This document shows positions 36,819-47,100 of a stretch of DNA of 64,000 nt, piece by piece. Position 1 is the first letter of the stretch; each line of letters opens with the position of its first letter. Source of the DNA: Candidatus Altimarinota bacterium. GTDB lineage: Bacteria > Patescibacteriota > Gracilibacteria > JBDHUY01. The notes below the pieces were generated by a model. The model was not told the origin of the DNA and searched no databases. It saw nothing but the letters and a program-made list of their open reading frames with translations. The translations under genes were made by a program, and so were the position numbers. The DNA lies in NCBI GenBank assembly GCA_039809385.1, contig JBDHUY010000011.1, positions 2,132 through 66,131 of the forward strand, written 5' to 3'.

Positions 36819-37730
36819 TTAAGCAGACTGTATCTTCTGTATCAAAATTTTATACAGTAATTGTCGGAAAAAACCGAAAGGAACGCGATCCTGACCACTC
36901 ACAGTATCCAGCACCAGATTAAGTACTTCCCCATGTTCAATGACTCCTGCGGCCAGCTGGGTCAAACTGTGATCATCAAGAAGAGTTTTATTAGTAGATT
37001 TCATGATCAGTAAGATTTCTTGGTACCTTCCTTTGGCAAGACACAAGGACCATAGAAGAGACCAAACATAGTCGGGAGCGTTGATTTCTCTGCAAACTTT
37101 AATTACACCCGAAAAATCATCTTTGGAAAAGTCCCGCTGCTTAAAAGTGGTATCTATCAGATGTGAAAATTCGTGCTGGGGTAAAGAAGTGGCGACAGCA
37201 ATTGAAAAAGCGATAACGTAATCTCTATTCTCCAGAAATCTATCTGCTAGACCAACCGCCATTGGCTGTGAAAAGCCGGCCGGCTGCACGATACGCAAGA
37301 TATCAGAAGTATTGAAAATAGAGCAGGGACTAATATTTTTGTGATTTGCATACGCAAAATAGAGATCGAAGATTTCCATATATTTTTCTTCTTGGTATTG
37401 TCGTTCTTTGGCAATATGGAGTAGTGTCTCAATAGAAACAAGGTCCTTTTTTTGTAACATATAGTACCAGACCAGGTCGAGGTCATTGGTAGACACAGGG
37501 CCTAATTCTTGTAACTCTTCCAGAGAAAAATGAGAAGTTTTACGGTTCCTCAAATAGCTGATCAAATCAGCCGATGCGTTTTTTTCCGCATCTTTCATTC
37601 TCTGCATTTTTGGAGAATATTTATTTTCATAGGGCTCTCTTCTATCCGGCTGTTCTGGATTTGTCATAAGAAAACTGGTTATATACTCAATAGTTCTATT
37701 AATCCCGGGAAGTTTCGACAAACGACTCAT
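36819..37730 (-). CDS. Hypothetical helical protein
   Basis: 303-aa ORF, visibly AT-rich, no TM, no recognised motif. Confidence 0.5.
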   Translation of the reverse strand: MSRLSKLPGINRTIEYITSFLMTNPEQPDRREPYENKYSPKMQRMKDAEKNASADLISYLRNRKTSHFSLEELQELGPVSTNDLDLVWYYMLQKKDLVSIETLLHIAKERQYQEEKYMEIFDLYFAYANHKNISPCSIFNTSDILRIVQPAGFSQPMAVGLADRFLENRDYVIAFSIAVATSLPQHEFSHLIDTTFKQRDFSKDDFSGVIKVCREINAPDYVWSLLWSLCLAKGRYQEILLIMKSTNKTLLDDHSLTQLAAGVIEHGEVLNLVLDTVSGQDRVPFGFFRQLLYKILIQKIQSA

Positions 37731-37852
37731 CCAACTGTATCTGACTGTTAAAGGAATTCACACAGGTTTTTTAGGGCCTATATGAGAATTCATTGAGAAC
37801 CAAAATAAACTACACAGAACAGTGATAATAACTCATGAAAAACAAGAAATCA

Positions 37853-38491
37853 TTATTGAGTAGCCAATAATTTCATTTTTGTTCTGATTGTCTCTGCAGC
37901 GGTTTGATCTGGGAGATCAACAACAAGTTCTAAAACATCTTTCATATCTTGAGGAGATACCGTTTTTTTTACCATTGCCGTAACAATCATATCGTACTCT
38001 ATTGCGCTATCAGGATCCCACGGGTGGTAGGTATTAAAAAATTTCTTTAATTCTGGAATCGAACCGATCTTATGATCAAGCACAAATTTCAGTGCTTGTC
38101 TTACGAGGACAGTACAAGCTGGATTCTCACTAAACTGATAGTCCCAGTATTCACCAAGAGCAGTTTTAAACGTTTCAATAGAACTTACATCCTTGAGAAA
38201 TTTTTCGCCTAAAAACATCAAAGCCTCGGGAGCAAGATGTACTTTAGCGAAAAGGTTTAAATGTAGTTTATCTTGAGAAGACAAAGCTTTCAGTAGAGCT
38301 AATTGTGTGGCACTATCTGGAGGACAAAAGCGAAGAAAAGCAGTTAATAAGTCATTAGATGAGAATGTTGATAATTTATCTAGAGACATTTCACCTGCAA
38401 AGAGAGCAAGTGCTGTTGGGTTTCCAAATAAGTTGCTGACGTTTTCAAATTTTGTATCAAGAATAGTTGTTTGAATATCGGTTCCTTCCAT
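37853..38491 (-). CDS. Hypothetical helical protein
   Basis: 212-aa ORF, AT-rich, 24 nt downstream of the PKD gene. Confidence 0.5.
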   Translation of the reverse strand: MEGTDIQTTILDTKFENVSNLFGNPTALALFAGEMSLDKLSTFSSNDLLTAFLRFCPPDSATQLALLKALSSQDKLHLNLFAKVHLAPEALMFLGEKFLKDVSSIETFKTALGEYWDYQFSENPACTVLVRQALKFVLDHKIGSIPELKKFFNTYHPWDPDSAIEYDMIVTAMVKKTVSPQDMKDVLELVVDLPDQTAAETIRTKMKLLATQ

Positions 38492-38515
38492 AAAAACGAA
38501 TAAAAAAATGAGATT

Positions 38516-40813
38516 TCATTCTACCCCTACCTGCTCACTAAACTGACTACTGATATTATCCTTACTCGTAATCGTCAGTACCACCATGTACGTTCCAGGA
38601 GTCGTAAAAACATGCGTCGGCTTACGGTCGGTAGAAACCGTACCGTCGCCAAAATCCCAGAAGTATTTAGCGATAGGACCATTCGACTCGGTCGGATCAA
38701 ACACCACGCTCAGCGGCGCCGCTCCGGTTTTTACATTGGTTTTAAAGCGAGCCACCACCGGAACCTCGGAGACAACGATATCCTGCGTGGCGGTCTCTTT
38801 TTTGGCATCGTTGGTAAAAACGGTGAGCTGTACTTTATAAACCCCTACCTGCGCAAAGGTATACTGTATCTGCGCCCCGTAGATCTTGGGCGGCGTTCCG
38901 TCGTCAAAATCCCACTGATACTGCGTAATCGTCCCGCCGTTATAGCGCGAAGCCGAAGCGTCAAAAAGAACAGTTAACGGCGCCGCTCCCGAAAGAGGGC
39001 TGGCTTTGATAATCGCCTCCAGAGGTTTGGCTTTGGTTTTAATCAAAATAGTCTGGGACACCTCGTTTTGCTGCGCATCCACAACTTTGAGCGTAACGGT
39101 GCGCTCCCCTTCCTCATAAAAAGTCTGCACGTCAGGCTTGGCGCCCCTGGTCTCGAAATTGCCATCGCCGTCAAAGTCCCACTGATAATCCACGATATCG
39201 TTATCCTTGTCGGTCGAGGCCGAAGCGTCAAACGTCACCGCTAAGGGCACGCTGCCTTCGATCACGGCTCCGCTTGCCCCCTGCTTGAAACTCGGCGTGG
39301 TTTTCAGCTGAATCACCGGCGACGAAGTTTTGCCCTTTACTATGATATCGACCGAAGACGATCCCTGATTGGATTTGTCGTCGGTAAGGGCGAGATTTAC
39401 TTTATAGGTACCCGGTTTTTTAAACGTATGGGTCGCGGTCACCGTCTTCTCCCGCAGAGTATTATCGCCAAAATCCCATTCGTATTTAACGATTTTACCT
39501 GCCGGACTGCGCGATTCGGAGGCATCGAAATTTACAGTCAGCGGGGCATCCCCTTCCATCGGAACTGCCAGAATTGAGGCTTTGACAGTATCGTCGCGTA
39601 CGCCGGTGATCGTAATGACTTTTTCGGCTGTATTGTACTTTTTATCGCGATTTTCAACCCGTAAACGCACCGTATAGGTTCCGATTGTCTCGAACGTATA
39701 GGTAAGCTTGGGCGTTGTACCCTCGTTAAAACGGTTATCGCCGTCGATCTCCCAGGCATACGTGACATCTTTAGGGTCCTGGCTGTTGGGATCGTAAGAC
39801 TCTGAGGCGTCTAATGTTACTGTCAGAGGTGCCTCGCCCTTGTCTTTATCGACGTTGATGACGGCTACCGGCAACAAATAGGCAATCGATATGTTCTTTT
39901 TGAATTGTTGCGTTTTTTCTTCTCCTTTGTTATCAACGGCGGTAATCGTGAGGGTAACCGGATAATTCCCGGCTTTAAATGTTTTGTCGTAATTCCAGCG
40001 CTCTTCCTTGCCGCCGATCCGGTCGCTCTTGCCGTCGCCGGTAAAATCCCAGTCGTACTTTACGATCTCGTAACCGCGGGTAAGTTTATTTTCCAGATTG
40101 GAGGCGTCAAAAATGAGTTCGATGGGCGCGGTGAGACCGGTCGTGACAGCGAGAGGTTCACGCGTTTGCGCATTATAGACCACGATATCCCCTTGAATAG
40201 CCGAATTGCCATCCACCCGTACCTGTCCGATACTGAAAAACGCAAACACCCAGATAACGATATCGACCAGCAGAATCAGGGTTGTAATAAAAATGGCAAT
40301 CGTGGTTTTTCGTTTTCCGGCCTTGTCGTCCTTGTGGGTCAGAATACGACGAAAAATATTGACCACGACAGCGATCAGCAGCAGCATCGAAAAGAATCCG
40401 AAGCTGATATTGACCAGGCTGCTCAGCAGATTTTTGACTGCGGCCGGATCCAGGCCGAGCTGTTTAAAGAAAGGATTGTTCGGATCGCCGTTAAACGCGA
40501 ACACCGAGAGTAAAACGAACAAAACGAAGAGAAAAGCGAATAATCCGAAACAGCCCAAAAAGAAACCGGCTCCGATCTTCTTGCCCTTGACCACTTTTTT
40601 CCCGGCAGGCCTGGTCTGGTTTGGCGCAGCTTGAGTTGCCGGAGTTTCTGTCATAGGCTGAGTCGGTTGAGAAGAAGCAGCATTGGTAACAGGAACAGAT
40701 GTATTAACCTGAATATCCTCTGCCAACGGACCGATATTGTTGGTACCGGGAACGGTATCACCAGAAGCAGGCTCTGGATTTTGAGGCGGAGGATTGGGAG
40801 TAGGCGTATCCAT
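38516..40813 (-). CDS. PKD-repeat membrane protein (disordered N-tail, 3 TM, six PKD domains)
   Basis: Six 'Y.W[DE][FI][DGT]' PKD cores: YDWDFTGDG, YAWEIDGDN, YEWDFGDNT, YQWDFDGDG, YQWDFDDGT, YFWDFGDGT. Pro/Thr/Gln-rich N-terminus. TM segments GFFLGCFGLFAFLFVLFVLLSVFAF and others. Confidence 0.85.
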   Translation of the reverse strand: MDTPTPNPPPQNPEPASGDTVPGTNNIGPLAEDIQVNTSVPVTNAASSQPTQPMTETPATQAAPNQTRPAGKKVVKGKKIGAGFFLGCFGLFAFLFVLFVLLSVFAFNGDPNNPFFKQLGLDPAAVKNLLSSLVNISFGFFSMLLLIAVVVNIFRRILTHKDDKAGKRKTTIAIFITTLILLVDIVIWVFAFFSIGQVRVDGNSAIQGDIVVYNAQTREPLAVTTGLTAPIELIFDASNLENKLTRGYEIVKYDWDFTGDGKSDRIGGKEERWNYDKTFKAGNYPVTLTITAVDNKGEEKTQQFKKNISIAYLLPVAVINVDKDKGEAPLTVTLDASESYDPNSQDPKDVTYAWEIDGDNRFNEGTTPKLTYTFETIGTYTVRLRVENRDKKYNTAEKVITITGVRDDTVKASILAVPMEGDAPLTVNFDASESRSPAGKIVKYEWDFGDNTLREKTVTATHTFKKPGTYKVNLALTDDKSNQGSSSVDIIVKGKTSSPVIQLKTTPSFKQGASGAVIEGSVPLAVTFDASASTDKDNDIVDYQWDFDGDGNFETRGAKPDVQTFYEEGERTVTLKVVDAQQNEVSQTILIKTKAKPLEAIIKASPLSGAAPLTVLFDASASRYNGGTITQYQWDFDDGTPPKIYGAQIQYTFAQVGVYKVQLTVFTNDAKKETATQDIVVSEVPVVARFKTNVKTGAAPLSVVFDPTESNGPIAKYFWDFGDGTVSTDRKPTHVFTTPGTYMVVLTITSKDNISSQFSEQVGVE

Positions 40814-40940
40814 AACAGGGAGAAAATAATGTAGAATCAGGAAGTTAGAATCAAGAATCTAAAAGCATGGCAGAATAATAAGAGAAATTCATGGAAATTG
40901 ATGGAAATTGGTAAAAATGTGTTGCAGGTAATCGTACTTT

Positions 40941-41115
40941 GGGCTGTCAGCGGCCAGTGATCAGCGGTCAGTGGCGGGCCATTAGCATTCATACATCATA
41001 CATCTGTTCTCTTAACTCCTGTCTTGCTGTTGTCAGTCGTCTGTAGGCTGTAAGCTGTCAACGTCAATCATATTCCCTACTCCTAACTCCGTTCTCCCAA
41101 CTCCTGTCTTGCTCC
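40941..41115. repeat. Continuous heptad-register spacer (about 24 units)
   Basis: tcagcgg|ccagtga|tcagcgg|tcagtgg|cgggcca|ttagcat|tcataca|tcataca|tctgttc|tcttaac|tcctgtc|ttgctgt|tgtcagt|cgtctgt|aggctgt|aagctgt|caacgtc|aatcata|ttcccta|ctcctaa|ctccgtt|ctcccaa|ctcctgt|cttgctc. Confidence 0.85.
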
Positions 41116-41119
41116 CCGA

Positions 41120-44100
41120 TCACTCCGAGTGAAGCGAAGAGTCTGTCTCCTGCCCATGCTTATTGGGCCCATTATACGGCAAATTCGGTTTCTTTTGAAA
41201 GGGCTTTGCACCGAACTTTTTATAGGGAGGAGTTGGGCGAGTAAACGGCCGTTGAGAGGAAGAAAGCTGTTTCGTATTGTTATTATTCCCGGGCGGCAGT
41301 TCGGGGAAATTTTGTCCGGGCGGCAGTTCCTGCTCGGCGAAGCGTCCTTTGATTTCGGGAGTATTGAAGTTCGGTTTCGGCGGAAACTTTTTAGGATAGG
41401 GTTTATACGGTTTTTTTTGAAATGGCTTTTTTGACTTCCACGGTTGCGAGGATGTTGGTTTCGACACAGGTTTTTGCGCTTCGGGGGAAGATGGCACCTC
41501 AGGCAAAGTAGTCTCGGAAACCGGGGGGAGATTTGCATCTACGACAGGTGCAGGAGGAGGCAGGGCATCCGGTGTACCTGCAGTACCGGTCGGCTGGTCT
41601 GCACTGTCTGCAACAAGAGGTTCAAACGGAGACGTGGCAATGCCGGAAGTAGGCGGCAGGGAATCGGAGTTGAGAGATCGATCTGGAACAGATGACGCCG
41701 GTTCAGTAGGCGTCAAAAAATCAGGTATGGCGGCATCGGCCGGTTGAGAGACTGGCAGAGGTGTAGGAGGAAATATGCCAAAAGGATCGTCGTTAACAGT
41801 AGGAAAGGAAGAACCGGCAACGGCAGGCGAATCTGAGAAGGAGGGCATGGCCGGAGTTTGAGCAGATGTTGGAGATACTACCCCAGCGAAAGGATCTGGG
41901 GTTGTCGAAGAAGAGGACGTCGAGGCTGCAGGTTGATCTCCGAAAATATCGATATCAAACGGAGAGGCCGGAACACTCGGATTAGACGGGGCAGGATCTA
42001 AGAAAGAGGGAGTAACCGCGGCTGAGGTGGCAAAAGGATCGACGGCTTGCGGAGGAGATGCCGGAGGGTTCTGATTTTTATCGGTACTTCCGAAAATATC
42101 AATATCAAAGGGCGATGGAGATGGAGGCGCGGGAGTATCAAGAAACGTAGAGGGTGTTGGCGGCAACGCCGAACCGAACGGATCGGATGCAGAAATAGAC
42201 TGCGGATCACTCGCACTCGGTCCGGATGAAAAGATATCGGTGTCGAAAGGAGAAGCAGGGCTTGCGGAAGACGTCGGATTCGGGACAGATGTATTCAGAA
42301 AATCAGGCTGGGGCGAAGCAGCAGCTCCAAATGAGCCGGTTTGCTGGTTGGAAGAACCGAAAATATCAATATCAAAGGGCGAAGGTGTTTGCGAAGGGTT
42401 TCCTGTCGCTGCGGATAGTGAAGGTGAAGGTGATGGTGTTGACGCAGCAAATGGATCGCCCGGTGCAGAAGGCTGCGAATTATTTCCCGGTCCGCTTTGA
42501 GAAAAAATATCCGTATCGAAAGGAGAAGAGGCGCTGATTCCGGGAGTAGGCGCATCCCCAAAAGGAGTTGCTCCGGAGGCGACAGGTGGATCTAAAAAGG
42601 AAGGCAAGCTTGCGGAATCGTCGGGAGACGTGCCGGGAGACGGCGGGGAGAAATCCAGAAAAGACGCTGTAGGCGGCGTGCCAGACTCTGGGGAAACAAC
42701 AGGATTTGCAGCAGGCGGAACTGTCCCTTCACTCGAATCAGTCGCTCCTATCTGAAGCCAATCGGGCATCTGGCCTGCCGAAGCCTGAGGAGGTTCGGCA
42801 GGGGTCGCGGGAGCTGGAGGCTCGGCAACTGGTTCGAAGTTCCCATCGGGAGAAGGAATCGGTGTAACGTCGATGACCGAAGGTGGGGTACTCTTGGGAG
42901 GTTCGGGCTTCGAAGATGCCTGAGCTTGGTCGCCTTCGTCTTTTTTACCTGGCCTGAATCGAGAGATCCAACCGGTTACCATACCCCGCAAATCCAGAAT
43001 AAACTCTTCAAAATCGAGATCTTCCCGGTTGGTAATACGTTTATACGCTATAAACGAAACAAACAGCACGATTCCCAGAAACAGGAAAATGCCGATAATC
43101 CAAAGCGCGAACTGCAAAATACCGAAGAGAAAGGACAAAAACAGATTTTCCCCTGCCGGTGCGGGTGATGAAGGGCCTTCTGCTGCTGCTCCGTTTTGAT
43201 TCTCGTTGGTAACAGTGCCCGGTTCCGCATTAAGATTGTCATTGGTATTGGCAGTTTCGGGAGCATTGAGGTTTAGATTAGCATCGCCGTTCTGATTAGA
43301 ATTAGCCGTAAGCACGGGAGTCAGAGAGTCGGCAATCACCAAAAGTACGTTACCTACTTGCTGTTTGGCATCGTCAGGTAATTTCTGACTTTCGGCAACA
43401 GCCGTGCGAGTCTCGTCCAAAGCCTGGGAAACCGCGGCAGCATCGATTCCGTAATTCGACTTAAGCGATATCAGCGCTTTATTGACTTTTATTTTGGTCA
43501 AAGGTTCGGCCTCGGCAATAATATTTTTGATACGCTGAATCGAAGAATCGATATCGATAAACGATTCTTTCAGGTCTAAAATGTTCTGGATATTACCGAC
43601 CAGACGGTCTCTTTGTTCTTGAGTAAGCTGTTCTGCGCGCAGGACCAGCTCCTTGGCCTGTGTCAGTGCGTCCTTGTCACCGCGGGATAGGAGTTCGCGG
43701 ATCTGGTTCTGTAGCTCCTGGGACAGAGAACTCTGCGAGATGGCCGTAACAGCATCGTCGAGATTTTTATTGATAATTTCGGTTTTGGAAGGCTGCGGAT
43801 TAGCATTGAGATTGGCATTTTCGGGCAGGACGACCGCGTCGTCGAAAATAATGGGAACCGTTACCTGATCCATGATATTGTTATCGCCGACAACGGTAAG
43901 CTGTACCTCGATCGGCTGAGGCAAAAAGGTATACGATATGCCCGAACCATTGGTAAAAGAAAGGGTATTTTTATTGTCGATATCGTTATTTTTGATACCG
44001 TCTCCGTCGCTATCCTGAAAAACATTGCGATCGATGCGGTATTCGCGGATTTTACCGATCGAATAACCGCCAAAGAACGTTACCTTGTTTTTTTCACGGG

Positions 44101-47100
44101 TGAGGTGAATCTTCCGGTCAAGTTCATTTACTTCGGGGACGGTAATCAATACAGCCTGTAACGATTTAGACGGATCAAGTTGGACATTCTTAGGCAACTG
44201 CCCTTTGACCAGCGTAACGGTTCGAACTACGTTGTCTTTTATTCCTCCTTTGCCCGTGACGTCGAGTCGCACCTGATAGCTGCCATAGTCGTTAAACGTA
44301 AATTGAGGATTTTCCTCCTGGCTGTCTTTGTCATTTTGAGCGCTGCCATCACCGTCGCTGTCACGCGAAAGATCGAAGTCCCAAGTATAAGAAAGAGGGG
44401 CAGGGCCGCTGGAATTATTGAGAAACAGAACAGTTTTATCGACCTGAGTAAACAGAAAAGCGGCAGTGGCAATACTTTCGGAACGGGGGTTAATCAATAC
44501 CGAAACGTTGCCCTTGTTGCTCAATCCTTGATATTCGACCCGGGCAGTCACATTGTAATTTCCCGGAGTATCGTACACTCGCGTGACATAAGCCCCCGAC
44601 GTCGTATCTTCGAAAGTTCCGTTCCCGTCAAAGTCCCAGGAAATCCGGGCATCGGGAACCGGTTCGCCTTTCGCGTTCCGACCGATCGCGGTAAACTGAA
44701 CCGCTTCGCCAGCCTTGACGCTGGTTTTATTAACGCTGACCTCTACCTGCAGGGGCTCGTTAGCACGGTTTGTTACGGTCAATACTCCGGTATTTTCGCC
44801 CAGCACATCATCGCTCCGCACAACCGCCCCCTCGTTATCGGTCATTTCGACGACAAAACGATAGGTAACGCTCTGACCGCCAAAACCGCGCGTAGGAATA
44901 TTAAACGTGGTAGAAGGAGTGGTAGTAGTACGCACGCTCAGATTTTCTTCGGTACCGTTTTCGACATAAAACCATTTATACGAAACGATTTTGCCGTCAC
45001 GGTCGGTTGCCCCCACGGCACGCACGGCGACTTGCACCGGAGTCAATAGCGACGCAGGCGCGTCCAATACCAGATCGGTGAGCTGAGGAGGCCGGTTGCG
45101 TACAGCGACCAGAAGGGGCGAAGCACTGGCAGTTTTACCCGAATCTCTGTCGGTAATCGTAAGTTGTACCGAAAAACAAGTATTGCCGGACACGTCGTTA
45201 AAACGGTGCGTAATCGTTTTTTTGGTACTGACGGTTCCGTCGCCGAAATTCCAGGAATATTCCAGAAAGCGGCTGGAGCCGTCACGGTTGATAGCACGCG
45301 AAGCGTCAAAACTGGGATTATCGTTACGGGAAATCAGGAGCCCCGGCCCGCCGTTACACAAATTAGGCGTAAGCGGTAACATTTCACCGTTCAAACTATA
45401 GTCGATCAAGGCTACGGGGCTGTCGGCTTCTCCGACATACACATTGGTCGTGGTCGTAGTATCGTTATTATCTTTGTCAAAAACGGTAACTTTGACAGGG
45501 TAAACCCCGGCTGTCTTGAAACGATAGGTATATTGCGTTTTATCCGTCTGCTCTTTCTGTTCACCGAAATCGTAAAGATAAAAGATGGCACCGGGAGCAT
45601 TGACTTTGACGGTAACGTCTTTGCCAACCTGAGTGACCGGCGGATCGATCGTGACATCGGCGCTGAGTACTGATGTAATCGAGACAGTCTGCTCCCGCTC
45701 CACGAAATTTTGCGAAGAATCGGTCACGCGTAATTTTACACGGTATTCTTTGGCTGCCGGAAAACGATATTCTCCCCGGCTGCCGGCCTCGTTCGTATTT
45801 TCCAGCGTAACCGGTGTACCATCTACCAGCCAGGTAAACGAGAGCGTTTCATTTTGATCGGGATCATAAGAATTAGTCGCGTCAAAGACAAACTGATTTG
45901 GATGTCCGACATCTTTCTGTTTGAGAGACAAAGTAACAACCGGCGGCTTGGAAGTCACTTTGACTTGACGAGTATCCTGAACGGTTTTGCCGTCATTATC
46001 CGTGACTTGGAGCAAAGCCGTATAGACACCCGGCGTCTCGAATTTGTAAGTAAAGCTTTCTTCTTTCGTCTCGCGCAGAACTTCACCCGCTCCGGTCGTG
46101 ATTTTCCAGCTGAGCGAATTGACTCCGCTGGGGATCTTTGACGTATTGGCGGCAAAACGGAACGTCGTATCGGTAGTACCTTCTTGGGGGGTAATTGTGG
46201 CCGAGGCGATCGCATCGGCCACCTCGACCGTTATACTTTTGACGATCTTTTGATTTCCGGTATCCGTGAACTGGACCGCAACCTGGTAACGACCGACTTT
46301 GTTATATTTATGCGTTATCGAAACCGGCGTTCCGTTAAAACTCTGACGATTACTGCCATCGCCAAATTCCCAGTCGGTTTTGGCGATATCGAGTCCCACG
46401 GTCGAGCTGGTGCCGGCAGGATCGAAGAGCAGCCCGTCCTGAGCTTCTTTGAGGGTTACTTTGACGAGATCTTCTTGGGTAACATCGACTTGATTGATTT
46501 TTAGCTGAACTGTCGCCAGGGGTGCTTCGGCTTTGACGCTGATGGTAGCATCCCCGGGCAAAACGACACTGTCGCCGCTGGCACTCTTGACTTCCAGATG
46601 CACCACATACGTATTAGGAACCCGAAAGGTTTCCGAGACGTTGGCACCGTTTCCTAAGTCGCGGCGCTGCCCGCTGGAATCGAGATACCACCAGCTGTAA
46701 TTGTTCGTAGGAATCGTATTGTTGGTCGGATCGGAAGAAGAGGCTCCGTTAAAGAGAACAGTGAGCGGAATTGGCCCGGAGCTTTTACTGGCATTGATTA
46801 CCGCACGCATCTGAGGCAGTTTGACTACCTGCTGCTTGAGAGTCTCGATTTTGGTTTGAATGTCACGACCGGTCGAAGAAGAAGGACTTTGCTGGTAAGT
46901 CTGCAGTGCGTCGTCCAGTTCCTGAGCAGCTTGTCCTGCCTGAGAGGTAGGAGGTAATTGTTGAATGATCGGCTGAAGTTGCTCACGATAACGGTCGATA
47001 ATTGTTTTGGATTCGCTTTGGGGACGAGAGCGTAACTCTTGCAACAACTGGCTCAAAATCCGATCCAAATCCTGGGCGGTATTACCGGTAGCGCTGGTAA

